Shown here: one piece after another, positions 18,801 through 28,157 of the stretch
Numbering within the stretch: the stretch's first letter is position 1
Layout: every line of letters begins with the position of its first letter
Source of the DNA: a bacterium
Lineage (GTDB): Bacteria > SAR324 > NAC60-12
Assembly: GCA_965209155.1 (NCBI GenBank)
Contig: OZ242383.1
Coordinates: 4,096,001 to 4,160,000 of the forward strand
Direction of reading: 5' to 3'
Length of the DNA stretch: 64,000 bases
Position numbers and translations under genes: made by a program
The notes under the pieces: generated by a model
Told to the model about the DNA's origin: nothing
Database searches by the model: none
What the model saw: the letters and a program-made list of their open reading frames with translations, nothing else

Positions 18801-19059
18801 GAAACACCACCGCTCGTGGGAGAATCTGGTAAATACTGTTGTCGGTCGCCGTCACCAGACGTGTGCCATAGTCGCTACGAATCTCACCAGAAAATGGCGT
18901 TTTTCTCAGTTCCTGCAAAAAGTCCCTATAGACTTTGCCCGCTTGATCATGTTCCGCAGTTTCGAGAGGATTTTCGTCCGATCGATCGACCATTGACGTG
19001 AGAGGGGTTCCATCCGGTCGATCAAAGGATATCGTGGCAGGATGCAATCGTGGGATCAT
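15844..19059 (-). CDS. ydiJ: FAD- and Fe-S-binding oxidoreductase (YdiJ, D-2-hydroxyglutarate dehydrogenase-like)
   Basis: ATDNSIYQ, RGGGTGTNGQ, GHVDVGCLHVRP, CNGNGIC, CLACKAC...CP, CCGMCGTFGHE, TGYSCRTQV. Confidence 0.9.
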   Translation of the reverse strand: MIPRLHPATISFDRPDGTPLTSMVDRSDENPLETAEHDQAGKVYRDFLQELRKTPFSGEIRSDYGTRLVTATDNSIYQILPRAVVFPRSAEDISQLFNLAQEARFHGLHFTARGGGTGTNGQALSPGIIIDCSKHMNRILEVDLQERWVRVQPGVVLDQLNDHLEQFGVFFAPNLSPSNRATLGGMISTDACGKGSRIYGRTSNHILELSFVFEDGTLWQTREIGLERLSELKKQDNIVGRVHRVVDSIVTEKAEQIEKQFPKMSRFLTGYNLAGVYSGNGKRFNLNNLLAGSEGTLVTLSEARLKLMPIPKYKHLLVIKYESFHDALRAARSLLDYEPAAIETIDEKILELAKGDAIYHHVRNFIADEEWAVTRSINLVEFSGNDVGELERRVNDLCQTISPSLQGRWKSSGKATGYYATRDAEEMKHLWDLRKKGAGLLGNTQGNRRPLPFVEDTAVPPENLAAYIAEFTALLDKHGLEYGMYGHVDVGCLHVRPALDLKELEDEALVRSLSDQVVKLVRKYGGIMWAEHGQGFRSEYSPLFFGKELYQDLRRIKEAFDPGNRLNPGKIVTPYSLPERVLPLESPLRGHFDRQIPQSLRSEYDAALHCNGNGICFNYDPHHVMCPSSKVTRDRIHSPKGRAGMMREWLRLLSHVRKNSGDRVHGVVESKDSIKKIDEVTHFFRRLRNTLALRRGEYDFSQEVYEAMAGCLACKACAVQCPIHVDVPQFRSRFLELYHSRYLRPLRDHMVAGIEWLTPLQAHAARWNNELMRWYPVRMVLEKVIGLCDVPRIDPTPLNKGLRQRHAPPFDYAKLARLTAGEKERSVILMQDVFTTYYEPSLVLDIYDLLRMLGFVVYVLPFRANGKPLHFKGFLPQFLKLAKKNSAYLEKLTRLGIAIIGIEPSMVLTYRDEYPKILDQEKTIYRVQLLQEWLTSQIPRFRELFPRPRKSHPAGGASTYRLFGHCHETTAEFDSQKQWQRIYHAFGLQLEIPPLGCCGMCGTFGHEVEHYAESKGIYRMSWGKYIPADEESRRFSLVTGYSCRTQVKRFDDFKPLHPAQALFQELRQRKN

Positions 19060-19134
19060 GAGACCCCACTTTCCCAAAGGCGATTCTAAATCTCGCCGGC
19101 TATATTCTTGTGAATTTTTTATCAAAACGTGACC

Positions 19135-20571
19135 TCAACGTCGCAGGGCATGAAATTTTTCCACCCACTTGAGCAGGGTGTTGGGAACATGGGCTTTTTT
19201 CCACTCGCTGGCCGCATATTTCGCGGCTTCGGAGAAGGTGGGATAGGGATGAATGGTTGCCAATATCTTATTCAAACCCAATCCATGCTTCATGGCCAGG
19301 ATGAATTCCGCCAGCAAATCCCCCGCGTGGGAACCACAAATCGTCGCCCCCAGGATGCGATCTTTTCCGGGAGGGGTGATCACCTTGACCATTCCCCGGT
19401 CTTCCCGGTCCGTGATAGCCCGGTCCAGGTCGTCCAGACCGTAACGTGTTACTTCGTGCGGGATTTTTCTTTCCCTGGCTTCACCTTCACTCAATCCGAC
19501 CCGCGCCACCTCGGGATCCGTATACGTACACCAGGGTACAACGGAATAGTCCACTTTGAATTTCTTGAAGGGATGCAACAGGGCATTGATCGCGCAATAC
19601 CATGCCTGGTGACCGGCCATGTGGGTGAACTGGTAAGGTCCTGCCACGTCGCCACATGCGTAAATATTGGATATGTTGCTGCGTAAATATGAATCCACTC
19701 GAATGGTCCCGTTCGGATTCAGTTCGACACCCAATTCTTCCAGGCCAAAACCGGCCGTATTGGCCCTGCGACCCGTGGCTACGAGCACCCGGTCGAAGGA
19801 CAAACTGGCTTCCCTGCCATCTCTCTGGTAGACCGCCCGGGCCTGCTGCGCCTCTTTTTCAAAGCGGATCAATTGCACTTCCGTCAACACCTCGACCTCA
19901 TCTTTTTTGAAAGCATCCTGTACGAATCGGACAACGTCGGGATCTTCCCTGGGCAAGATTGTGGATTGAGATTGCATGACCGTAACCTGGGATCCCAGTC
20001 GACTGAAAGCCTGGGCCAGTTCGCAACCGATGGGACCTCCTCCCACCACCAAGAGGCGTTTCGGCTGTTCCCGGATTTCCCACAAATTGTCGGAGTGTAA
20101 ATAATCCAGGTTTTCAACTCCCGGTACCGGAGGAATGAAAGGTCGGGCTCCGGTTGCCACTACGATGTTTCGGGTCGTCAATCTCCGTTCCCCCACCTGC
20201 ACTTCATGAGGAGAAAGAATACTGGCTTCTCCCTGGAAACAATCCACCCCCAATGAAGTATAGCGCTCCACGCTGTCGTGGGGCTCGATTTTACGGATGA
20301 TGTCTTGAATGCGTTCCATCACCTGGGCGAAATTGACCTGGTATTTCACGTCTTTCAGACCGTATTCCGCATGTTGCTTCAAGGTCTTGGCAACCCGGGC
20401 GCTTTTGATCAAAGATTTACTGGGGACGCACCCGGTGTTCAGGCAATCTCCCCCCATCTTGTGCCTCTCGATCAATGCCACTTTGGCTTTGGTCACTGCC
20501 CCGATCAACGAGGTGACCAGTCCTGCAGACCCGGCTCCAATGACAATCATGTTGTAATCATATTTCCCCAC
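19135..20571 (-). CDS. Pyridine nucleotide-disulfide oxidoreductase (Lpd/MerA-like family)
   Basis: VIGAGSAG, GGDCLNTGCVPSK, GGGPIGCE, IHPYPT; no C-terminal Cys pair. Confidence 0.92.
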   Translation of the reverse strand: MGKYDYNMIVIGAGSAGLVTSLIGAVTKAKVALIERHKMGGDCLNTGCVPSKSLIKSARVAKTLKQHAEYGLKDVKYQVNFAQVMERIQDIIRKIEPHDSVERYTSLGVDCFQGEASILSPHEVQVGERRLTTRNIVVATGARPFIPPVPGVENLDYLHSDNLWEIREQPKRLLVVGGGPIGCELAQAFSRLGSQVTVMQSQSTILPREDPDVVRFVQDAFKKDEVEVLTEVQLIRFEKEAQQARAVYQRDGREASLSFDRVLVATGRRANTAGFGLEELGVELNPNGTIRVDSYLRSNISNIYACGDVAGPYQFTHMAGHQAWYCAINALLHPFKKFKVDYSVVPWCTYTDPEVARVGLSEGEARERKIPHEVTRYGLDDLDRAITDREDRGMVKVITPPGKDRILGATICGSHAGDLLAEFILAMKHGLGLNKILATIHPYPTFSEAAKYAASEWKKAHVPNTLLKWVEKFHALRR

Positions 20572-20669
20572 TTCGACCTCTAACGAAAAAAATTATTGAA
20601 TCAATCGATCAATGTGTTATAAAGGTAGTTTGTCTGATACTGAATAATAACCTGTACTCAAAAAAAATT

Positions 20670-20888
20670 ATGCCCGTTGTTGTCCAAGTCAGAGATGGAA
20701 ATGTAGGAAAGTCTCTGATGCAACTCAAGCGTACCCTGATCAAGGAAGGATTGTTCAAGGAACTCAAAAAACGCAAATTTTACGTCAAGCCGTCCTTAGC
20801 CAGAAAATTGAAGCGCGAAGCAGCAGAAAAGCAACGCAACAAGGATTTGAAACGAGAAATTCGCGCTGCTTTGAAGGCGGACTTTTAA
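20670..20888 (+). CDS. rpsU: 30S ribosomal protein S21
   Basis: 72-aa basic protein with EGLFKELKKRKFYVKPS motif. Confidence 0.93.
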   Translation: MPVVVQVRDGNVGKSLMQLKRTLIKEGLFKELKKRKFYVKPSLARKLKREAAEKQRNKDLKREIRAALKADF

Positions 20889-21412
20889 CTATAAATCGTG
20901 TTTTCGTCGAGAGGACGCTCTTTTAAGAAGTAGCAAAACGCCGACTTCCCGAAGAGCGTTTCGCATAGAAAATCAGAGCAAGGGAGAATGGGTACTTTGA
21001 CCCATTTCTCTAATGATCGTTGCCCTTTACCTTTGCGCAAGATAAAATTTCAATTACGTCGACCTAAAGGGCGTTGATTTTATCCAACACTTCATTTTCC
21101 TCAGGAAAGCGTCCGGACTGTTTTTTGGAAAAAATCAGGTTTTCGTCCACTTTTACTTCAAATACGCCTCCATTGGAACTAACGAGATTTGCTTCCACTC
21201 CGAATTTTTCTTTCAATTCTGCAGCCAAACTGGATGCACGGGGTAAATAGTTTCAAGAACTGCAATATTCGATTTCAATTTTCATGCCTTCTCCTTTGTC
21301 CAAAGTTGTTTGCAAAAAGGGATGGGGTTACCCCCAAAAACAAGATTCACGGATCGGATGAACCGGGATATCTTCCAGTCTTCAGGTACTTTATTATATC
21401 GAATTCAAATAA

Positions 21413-22780
21413 ATGTCGAAATCTTTTCCTATCTATGAATCCCATTGTCCCATTCATGGGATAATCGGATTCAACGAAAAAGAACGACGGATAATCGATC
21501 ATCCCTACTTCCAACGGTTGCGTCACATTTCTCAATTGGGGTTTGCCAATTTTGTTTATACGGGTGCCACGCATTCCCGTTTTGCGCATTCGCTGGGCGT
21601 GATGCACCTGGCAGGGAGAATTTTTGACCGGATCGTTGCAGTAGAGCATACCTGGCTTGCCGGGTTATTCAATGAGGAGGATTGGTCCTATTTACGACAA
21701 CTGGTGCGGCTGGCGGCGTTGTTACATGACGTGGGACACGCTCCATTTTCCCATTCTTCCGAGTCAACGCTCCCTCCTAAAAGCGCGCTCGAATTGCCTG
21801 TTGAATGGTATCAATCGATTTGCAGTGAAAACCAAGCCAGCCATGAAGATTTTTCGGTGGCAATCATTTATGCCATGGCCCGCGAATCCAAACCTCTCTT
21901 CTCCCTGGAGGAAGCCCGGGACATTTGTTCCTTGATTGACGCTAATATTTCGGTTTCCCCGGCATTTCTGCAACGTGGCAAAACCACTGCGGATCATTCA
22001 CAAAATCGACAAGCCGCAAACATTCACCCACTGCTCAAGCAAATCATCAGCGGGGAAATCGATGCGGATCGCATGGATTATCTTTTACGTGACTCTTATT
22101 ATACGGGTGTGAGTTACGGCAAGTTCGACCTGGACCACCTGGTGCGTTCATTGTCCTGCGTCCGGACTGAAGCAGGTATCGTTTTGGTTTTGAATTACAA
22201 TGCCCTGCATGCTTTCGAAGATTTCCTGATGGCCCGTTTGCACATGTTCATGCAGGTTTATCTTCACAAGACCCTGCTGCCCTTCGATTATTATCTATCC
22301 CGGGCCCTGCAGGAAAAAGAAATAGATTTCAGCATCACCGGAGCATTGGATAATTTCTTGAAAGCGCGCGAAGATCACATTCTTGCGGCGCTACACGAAG
22401 CGCAGCATCGAAAATGGTCTTCTCGCATCGTATTTCGAAAACCGGCCAAACGTTTGTTTCAGTTTGAGCATTACCATCCACCTGAACTGAAGCAACAAGT
22501 GATGGAACGGTTACGACAGGAAGATATAGAAAACTTGTTCCTCCGCTCCTCTCCCTATCTTTCCTTGCTCTCCCCTCGAGAGCAATCGAAACAGCAACCT
22601 TTGCTACTGAAAAACAACGTCTTGGGAAAACCGCAGTATCTTCCTGTTCACAAAGCATCGCTCCTGCTGGAGCAATACCATCGTACGGCTGATTTGCAAT
22701 ATCTTTATTGCGAAGTGGAAGACTATCCAAGAGCTTGTGAAGTGCTGGTGCCGCTATTGTTGGATAAAGAATTCATTTGA
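21413..22780 (+). CDS. HD-domain phosphohydrolase (dNTP triphosphohydrolase-like)
   Basis: FQRLRHISQLG, HSRFAHSLG, LLHDVGHAPFSH, DADRMDYLLRD. Confidence 0.92.
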   Translation: MSKSFPIYESHCPIHGIIGFNEKERRIIDHPYFQRLRHISQLGFANFVYTGATHSRFAHSLGVMHLAGRIFDRIVAVEHTWLAGLFNEEDWSYLRQLVRLAALLHDVGHAPFSHSSESTLPPKSALELPVEWYQSICSENQASHEDFSVAIIYAMARESKPLFSLEEARDICSLIDANISVSPAFLQRGKTTADHSQNRQAANIHPLLKQIISGEIDADRMDYLLRDSYYTGVSYGKFDLDHLVRSLSCVRTEAGIVLVLNYNALHAFEDFLMARLHMFMQVYLHKTLLPFDYYLSRALQEKEIDFSITGALDNFLKAREDHILAALHEAQHRKWSSRIVFRKPAKRLFQFEHYHPPELKQQVMERLRQEDIENLFLRSSPYLSLLSPREQSKQQPLLLKNNVLGKPQYLPVHKASLLLEQYHRTADLQYLYCEVEDYPRACEVLVPLLLDKEFI

Positions 22781-22788
22781 CATGTATC

Positions 22789-23652
22789 ATGGAGATTCAA
22801 ACTCCTGCAAAAATCAACACGCAGCTCCACATTTTAAGAAAACGCGAGGATGGCTATCACGAATTGCTGACCCACCTCGTACCAATCGCCCTGTACGACA
22901 CCATCACCCTCAGTACGAATAAAAATCAAGGTATCCGACTCCAACTCGATGGTCTGGATTGTGGGGATGAAAAGGACAACCTGATCATCAAGGCAGCCCG
23001 AGCATTTGAAGTCCGGACCGGTCTTGAAATTCATAGGGATTTTCATCTTTTCAAACGAATTCCCGCAGGAGCGGGATTGGGAGGTGGCAGCGGAAACGCA
23101 GCGGGCGTATTGCATGCCCTGAACACCCTCCACCATCATCCTCTGAAAATGCGGGAATTGAAAAAAATCGCGATGACCCTGGGTTCGGACGTACCTTTCT
23201 TTATGGATCCCCGACCCTGTGAAGCACAAGGGAGAGGCGAACAATTGCGTCCTTTACCAGGATATCCTTCCTTTTTTTTGCTTCTCATCAAACCTCCCTT
23301 TGCCATTTCAACCGCGGAGGCTTACCGTCGTTGCCATCCCTCACCATCACTGGAAAGGATGCGGTCGCATCAAAGCAATACTATTGATTCTATTGAACGG
23401 CTCACGAATACTCTATACAATCGTTTTGAAAAAACGCTTTTTATTGATTTCCCCGAGTTGGCAGTCATCAAACAGAAACTCCTGCGGTATGGTGCAGTTG
23501 CTGCATTGGTAAGTGGGAGTGGTTCTACCGTTTTTGGAGTTTTTTCAGAAGAAGCCCACCTGAAGCGTGCCCGTCAACGAATTGCCCGGGAACGATTGGG
23601 AGACGTGCTCTGTTCCAGAACTCTGAAGCACCACCGGTATTTTTCTCTTTGA
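22789..23652 (+). CDS. ispE: 4-diphosphocytidyl-2-C-methyl-D-erythritol kinase
   Basis: PAKIN, KREDGYHEL, KRIPAGAGLGGGSGNAA, LGSDVPFF, SGSGSTVF. Confidence 0.96.
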   Translation: MEIQTPAKINTQLHILRKREDGYHELLTHLVPIALYDTITLSTNKNQGIRLQLDGLDCGDEKDNLIIKAARAFEVRTGLEIHRDFHLFKRIPAGAGLGGGSGNAAGVLHALNTLHHHPLKMRELKKIAMTLGSDVPFFMDPRPCEAQGRGEQLRPLPGYPSFFLLLIKPPFAISTAEAYRRCHPSPSLERMRSHQSNTIDSIERLTNTLYNRFEKTLFIDFPELAVIKQKLLRYGAVAALVSGSGSTVFGVFSEEAHLKRARQRIARERLGDVLCSRTLKHHRYFSL

Positions 23653-23691
23653 ATCAATTATTGCTTTTCACCCAATAAAGTATACGGAACC

Positions 23692-24369
23692 ATGTATCTA
23701 CAGCAGAATCGATTGGTAGGTCTTCCGCTTTCAAAAATCCTTTGGATTTCATTTTTCATTATTCTTTCCTTGGGCCTGGAAGCATGTCGCTCCACAAGCC
23801 CCCGCACTACCAAACAGACTGTCTGGACTCAAAAAAATGCGCGAATCAATAAATTTTTGAAAATCTATGGGGGTAAATCAAACCCGACGGTCATGCTCTC
23901 TTTGAAACGGGCAAAGCCTTACTTGCCTTATATTCATAAGGAATTGAAAAAAAGGAATCTCCCACCGGAGTTGGCATTTTTGCCAATGCTGGAATCCGCA
24001 TTCGACCCAAGAGCCAAATCGCACACGGGTGCGACGGGGATGTGGCAATTTACCAAGGCCACGGCCAAGGATTATGGATTGCGAGTGGGGTGGTTCAGGG
24101 ATGAACGGCTGAATTGGAAAAAATCGACCCGAGCGGCCCTGACCTACCTGGACTGGTTGAGAAAAAAATTCAATAACGACTGGGAATTGGCGTTGGCGGC
24201 CTACAACGGAGGACCAGGCTATATCGAACGATCCATGAAAAAACAAGGGACTGGAAATTATTGGAAATTAAAATTGCGGAAAGAAACTTATGAGTATGTT
24301 CCCAAATTAATTGCCATGCTTCAAGTGGCCCGCAAGAAGTACCCCCATCTTTATAAACTGGATACTTGA
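23692..24369 (+). CDS. Lytic transglycosylase (SLT/MltD-like), probable lipoprotein
   Basis: LPMLESAF, GMWQF, ALAAYNGG, ETYEYVPK; LEAC lipobox-like. Confidence 0.92.
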   Translation: MYLQQNRLVGLPLSKILWISFFIILSLGLEACRSTSPRTTKQTVWTQKNARINKFLKIYGGKSNPTVMLSLKRAKPYLPYIHKELKKRNLPPELAFLPMLESAFDPRAKSHTGATGMWQFTKATAKDYGLRVGWFRDERLNWKKSTRAALTYLDWLRKKFNNDWELALAAYNGGPGYIERSMKKQGTGNYWKLKLRKETYEYVPKLIAMLQVARKKYPHLYKLDT

Positions 24370-24390
24370 AAAGTCCGGTCAACGCCTTCG

Positions 24391-24861
24391 TCATACGGAA
24401 GGAATCTTTTTAAGGAGGTTCACCATTTCAATGGCGCTGAGCGTGGCCTCTGCGCCTTTGTTGCCGGATTTGGATCCCGCTCGTTCAATCGCCTGTTCTA
24501 TTGAATCGGTGGTAAGCACGCCAAATGCAATGGGAACCTGATTCTGCAATGCCAGGGAGGCGATTCCCTTTGCCGATTCGGAACAAATATAATCAAAATG
24601 AGGGGTGGCCCCACGGATCACAGCGCCCAAACACACAATCGCGTCATAGTGGTTGGCCTGAGCGAGTTTCTGGGCCGCCAATGGAATTTCAAAGGCGCCG
24701 GGCACTTTGACTACCGTGACCTGGGCCTCATTGCCGCCATGCTGGTAAAAGCAATCCAAGGCTCCACGCAATAAATTTTCGGTGATCACTCCATTGAATC
24801 TCGACACCACGAATGCCATCTTTAACTCATTGGCGATCAATGCGCCTTCAATGTTCTTCAT
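24391..24861 (-). CDS. ribH: 6,7-dimethyl-8-ribityllumazine synthase
   Basis: [38 protein letters not shown]. Confidence 0.98.
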   Translation of the reverse strand: MKNIEGALIANELKMAFVVSRFNGVITENLLRGALDCFYQHGGNEAQVTVVKVPGAFEIPLAAQKLAQANHYDAIVCLGAVIRGATPHFDYICSESAKGIASLALQNQVPIAFGVLTTDSIEQAIERAGSKSGNKGAEATLSAIEMVNLLKKIPSV

Positions 24862-24934
24862 TTGAATCTCTCCCGGAAAAATACGGACTGTTCACCAACT
24901 TGCCGATTGTCTCCGACAACTGAATGACGAATAA

Positions 24935-25279
24935 TCAAAAACTCACGCTTTTCTGTTTCTCTGAATGACAGAGTGCGCAGGTACAAATTTCTCTCAAGAA
25001 TTTAAAAGAGTATAATCCGGTATTGTGTCCGTCACTCCAGTTGATCCGTAAAGCATAATTGCCGATGTATTCGGACTGCCGAATACGAATATCGGAGGGA
25101 ATGTCAGTCGTCCTCAATGTCTTTTCTCCCGTCATTTCATCCACGCAACTGGCGCATGGACACATGTCACGCAACCTGAAAAACGGGTAACGACTCTCGT
25201 GCCCGTCTCTCCAGAGAATGTATAAATCATTTTGAACCAGAATTGTTTCAGGCTTTCGACGTTTGATGGGATTCGACAT
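24935..25279 (-). CDS. DUF971 / GBBH-like N-terminal domain protein
   Basis: W.DGH, LRDMCPCASC, GNYALRINWSDGHNTGLYS. Confidence 0.88.
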   Translation of the reverse strand: MSNPIKRRKPETILVQNDLYILWRDGHESRYPFFRLRDMCPCASCVDEMTGEKTLRTTDIPSDIRIRQSEYIGNYALRINWSDGHNTGLYSFKFLREICTCALCHSEKQKSVSF

Positions 25280-25515
25280 TCGATTCAAAAAATGACGATG
25301 CGATTGTATCTAAAACATTTTGTAAAGTCTCTCACAAAACCACACACCTGAAAAGAAAAAAAAGAGTATATACCCAGTCGCATTTCCAGATTGAGAGGAC
25401 CGAGGTGAATGAGTTTTGACAAATTCTGGTATTCAAGGTATAGCATGTTCTCGAGAACAGAAGAATCAACGCATTATCGACTGACCTCAGAAGTTTTGAC
25501 CAAATAGCGAAAGCA

Positions 25516-26130
25516 GTGATGACTCCCAAGGAACGATTGTGTCAGCGTTGGAAGCGATCCCGCATCGTCACCAGTGAAAGGGTTCTGTCCGCTTTCATGC
25601 AAGTGGCTCGTGAAAATTTCGTACAAGCGGATTCCATCGAGTTGGCTTACCAGGACCATCCCCTTCCCATTGGATATGAGCAAACCATTTCACAGCCTAT
25701 GACCGTACTGGTGATGATACAACTGCTGGAAGTCGAAAAAAATCACAAAGTTTTGGAAATTGGTGCAGGAAGCGGGTATAATGCAGCCATCCTTTCCGTA
25801 CTGGGACAATACGTCTATTCCCTGGAAATGATTCCTCAATTGGTGGCCTTTGCCAAACAGAATATTTCCCGCAGCGACATTAAAAATGTCGAAGTCCTGC
25901 AACATGACGGCAAACATGGATACGTCGTTGCCGCTCCTTTTGATCGTATCATTGTGACTGCGGCTGCATCCACAATTCCTGAAAAATTGCTGGAACAATT
26001 GGCGGACAACGGCATTTTGGTCATTCCAGTGGGCGATCCCTATGGATGTGAAATGCTCAAAATCCGTAAACAGGGCCTGGAATTCAAAACCAGCAAACAT
26101 GGTTTGTTTTCTTTTGTTCCTTTAGTTTGA
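25516..26130 (+). CDS. pcm: Protein-L-isoaspartate O-methyltransferase
   Basis: PLPIGYEQTISQP, VLEIGAGSGY, APFDRIIVTAA, LVIPVG. Confidence 0.95.
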   Translation: MMTPKERLCQRWKRSRIVTSERVLSAFMQVARENFVQADSIELAYQDHPLPIGYEQTISQPMTVLVMIQLLEVEKNHKVLEIGAGSGYNAAILSVLGQYVYSLEMIPQLVAFAKQNISRSDIKNVEVLQHDGKHGYVVAAPFDRIIVTAAASTIPEKLLEQLADNGILVIPVGDPYGCEMLKIRKQGLEFKTSKHGLFSFVPLV

Positions 26131-26161
26131 AACATATTTATCAATCTCATTTTCAATTGTC

Positions 26162-27160
26162 GTGATGAAAGGCGTTATTCTCGCAGCAGGCTATGCGACT
26201 CGTTTCCTTCCAGCTTCCAAAACCATCCCCAAAGAAATGTTTCCACTGGTGGACATCCCGGTGATCGATTTCATTGTGCGGGAAATGGTCACCTCCGGAA
26301 TTCGGGATATTTTAGTGGTTTCCTCCCGGAGGAAAAAAACCCTGGAAGACTATTTTGACCGGGAAGTCGAATTGGCTACCAGTTTTGCCCAATCGAATGA
26401 ACTGGAAAAGCTGGAGCGGATTCAACCCATTGACGTCAATATATTTACGATGCGCCAACAATACATGTTGGGAACCGGAAACGCTCTCATGCTGGTAGAA
26501 CCCTTCGTTGCGAACGAGCCTTTTGTGGTGGCTTACCCGGACGACATTATTTTTGATACTCCACCTTTATCCAGGCAACTGATCGATGCTTACCACAAAA
26601 CCGGAGACACGATCCTGGCAGTGCAGGAAGTCAGCGCTCACGACCTTTCTCGATACGGTGTCATTGAACCGGAAGGGAGTGGTTCTTTGCTCAAGGTACG
26701 TCAAATGGTGGAAAAACCCATAGCGGGAACCGAACCCAGCCACTTTGTTTCCTATGGACGATACCTGTACACTCCCGAAATTTTCGACGTCCTCCGAGAA
26801 ACCGGGAGAAACCACTACCAAAAAGAAGGTTTTCCACTCGATCGAGAACACGATACTTCGCGAAAATCCCAATCCGACCCACCAAACACCACTGTGAAAG
26901 AGTTCACCCAAACCGACGCCTTGAATGCGCTTGCCAGAAAAGGTCGGGTGTCCGCAGTTCACTTTCGAGGAGAGCGTTTTGACGTGGGGGAGCCCTTGGG
27001 TTACGTACAAACTGCAATCAAACTGGCTTTGCGACGTCAGGAGTTTCGTCAACCCCTGTTAGTCTTTCTCAGGCAAGTGCTCAGGGATGAAGAGACAGTC
27101 GAGCAATGTGACAAAGAAATGACGCAGTCGGAATCTCGGGAGGCGACCCGTGAGAAATAA
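26162..27160 (+). CDS. galU: UTP--glucose-1-phosphate uridylyltransferase
   Basis: GVILAAGYATRFLPASKTIPKEMFP, VEKP, GRY, RFDVG. Confidence 0.9.
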   Translation: MMKGVILAAGYATRFLPASKTIPKEMFPLVDIPVIDFIVREMVTSGIRDILVVSSRRKKTLEDYFDREVELATSFAQSNELEKLERIQPIDVNIFTMRQQYMLGTGNALMLVEPFVANEPFVVAYPDDIIFDTPPLSRQLIDAYHKTGDTILAVQEVSAHDLSRYGVIEPEGSGSLLKVRQMVEKPIAGTEPSHFVSYGRYLYTPEIFDVLRETGRNHYQKEGFPLDREHDTSRKSQSDPPNTTVKEFTQTDALNALARKGRVSAVHFRGERFDVGEPLGYVQTAIKLALRRQEFRQPLLVFLRQVLRDEETVEQCDKEMTQSESREATREK

Positions 27161-28157
27161 GCCGGACGTGACGCATACCGAGTTGACATTCCAGTACATG
27201 CGGATCAATCAGCAAGCGGAAACCCTGCTTGGGTTCCTGTTGCGAAAGTTTCGTTACCACGACCGGGAGGAATGGCTCGATCACATCAACGCGGGAAGGT
27301 TGTTGGTCAACCAGAACCAGGGTGATCCCACCCAGTTGCTGAAGAGTGGCCAAATCGTCCGCTATCTCCGTCCGGACTACCTGGAACCCCCGGTGGATCC
27401 TTCTTTCGATGTAATTTATGAGGACGACTACCTGATTGCCGTCAACAAGTCGGGGAACCTGCCTACCAGTCCCTCGGGCAAGTATTTTAAAAACACGCTG
27501 GTACATCTCCTTAAAGAATGGTTGGGATGGCAGAATTTGTACACCCTGCACCGTTTGGACCGGGAAACCAGTGGTGTTTTATTATTTGCCCGTCAAAAAG
27601 AGATTGCGCAGCGTATGGCCGCTCAATTCCGGGAAAATGAAATAAAAAAAACTTATATTGCCATATTGAGCCGTCCTTTGCCTTCGTCCCACGTTTTCGT
27701 TTCTTTGCCAATTGCACGCGATCCAAACAGTATCATTCGTATCAAACAAGGTGTGGTGCCTTCAGGCAAACGCAGTCAAACCCATTTCCGGGAATTGGAA
27801 CGGTCGTTTCGTAGAGGCGCGGCGGAGACAAAAACTGGGAACTACTCAAAAGTGGAAGTGGTTCCCGTGACCGGACGGACCCACCAAATTCGAACGCATG
27901 CCGCCTACCTGGAATGTCCAGTTGCCGGTGATAAACTGTATGGTCTTCAAAATGACGGGTTTGCGCATTGGTTGAAACAGGGAGAAGCATATCTCCGCGA
28001 ACAGCATTTTCCTCTCCATCGCCAGCTATTGCACGCGTCTCGTCTGCAATTCAATCATCCAGTGACTGAAAAAAGAATCAGCCTAGAAGCATCGGACCAC
28101 TCCTTGCTGGCGGATTGTTTTTCCGATTCTTCCCACCTTCCCGGACAAGAGAAATGA
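27150..28157 (+). CDS. RluA-family pseudouridine synthase
   Basis: VNKSGNLP, HRLDRETSG, TGRTHQIR, GDKLYG, LHA. Confidence 0.95.
   Translation: MRNKPDVTHTELTFQYMRINQQAETLLGFLLRKFRYHDREEWLDHINAGRLLVNQNQGDPTQLLKSGQIVRYLRPDYLEPPVDPSFDVIYEDDYLIAVNKSGNLPTSPSGKYFKNTLVHLLKEWLGWQNLYTLHRLDRETSGVLLFARQKEIAQRMAAQFRENEIKKTYIAILSRPLPSSHVFVSLPIARDPNSIIRIKQGVVPSGKRSQTHFRELERSFRRGAAETKTGNYSKVEVVPVTGRTHQIRTHAAYLECPVAGDKLYGLQNDGFAHWLKQGEAYLREQHFPLHRQLLHASRLQFNHPVTEKRISLEASDHSLLADCFSDSSHLPGQEK

Noticed and set aside
15951..19001. Long plus-strand ORFs opposite ydiJ, and similar ones opposite other long genes
   Set aside because: Antisense shadows of well-supported genes, with no motifs of their own.
19135..20571. 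Mercuric reductase merA
   Set aside because: Lacks the C-terminal Cys-Cys pair and NmerA domain; no mer operon.
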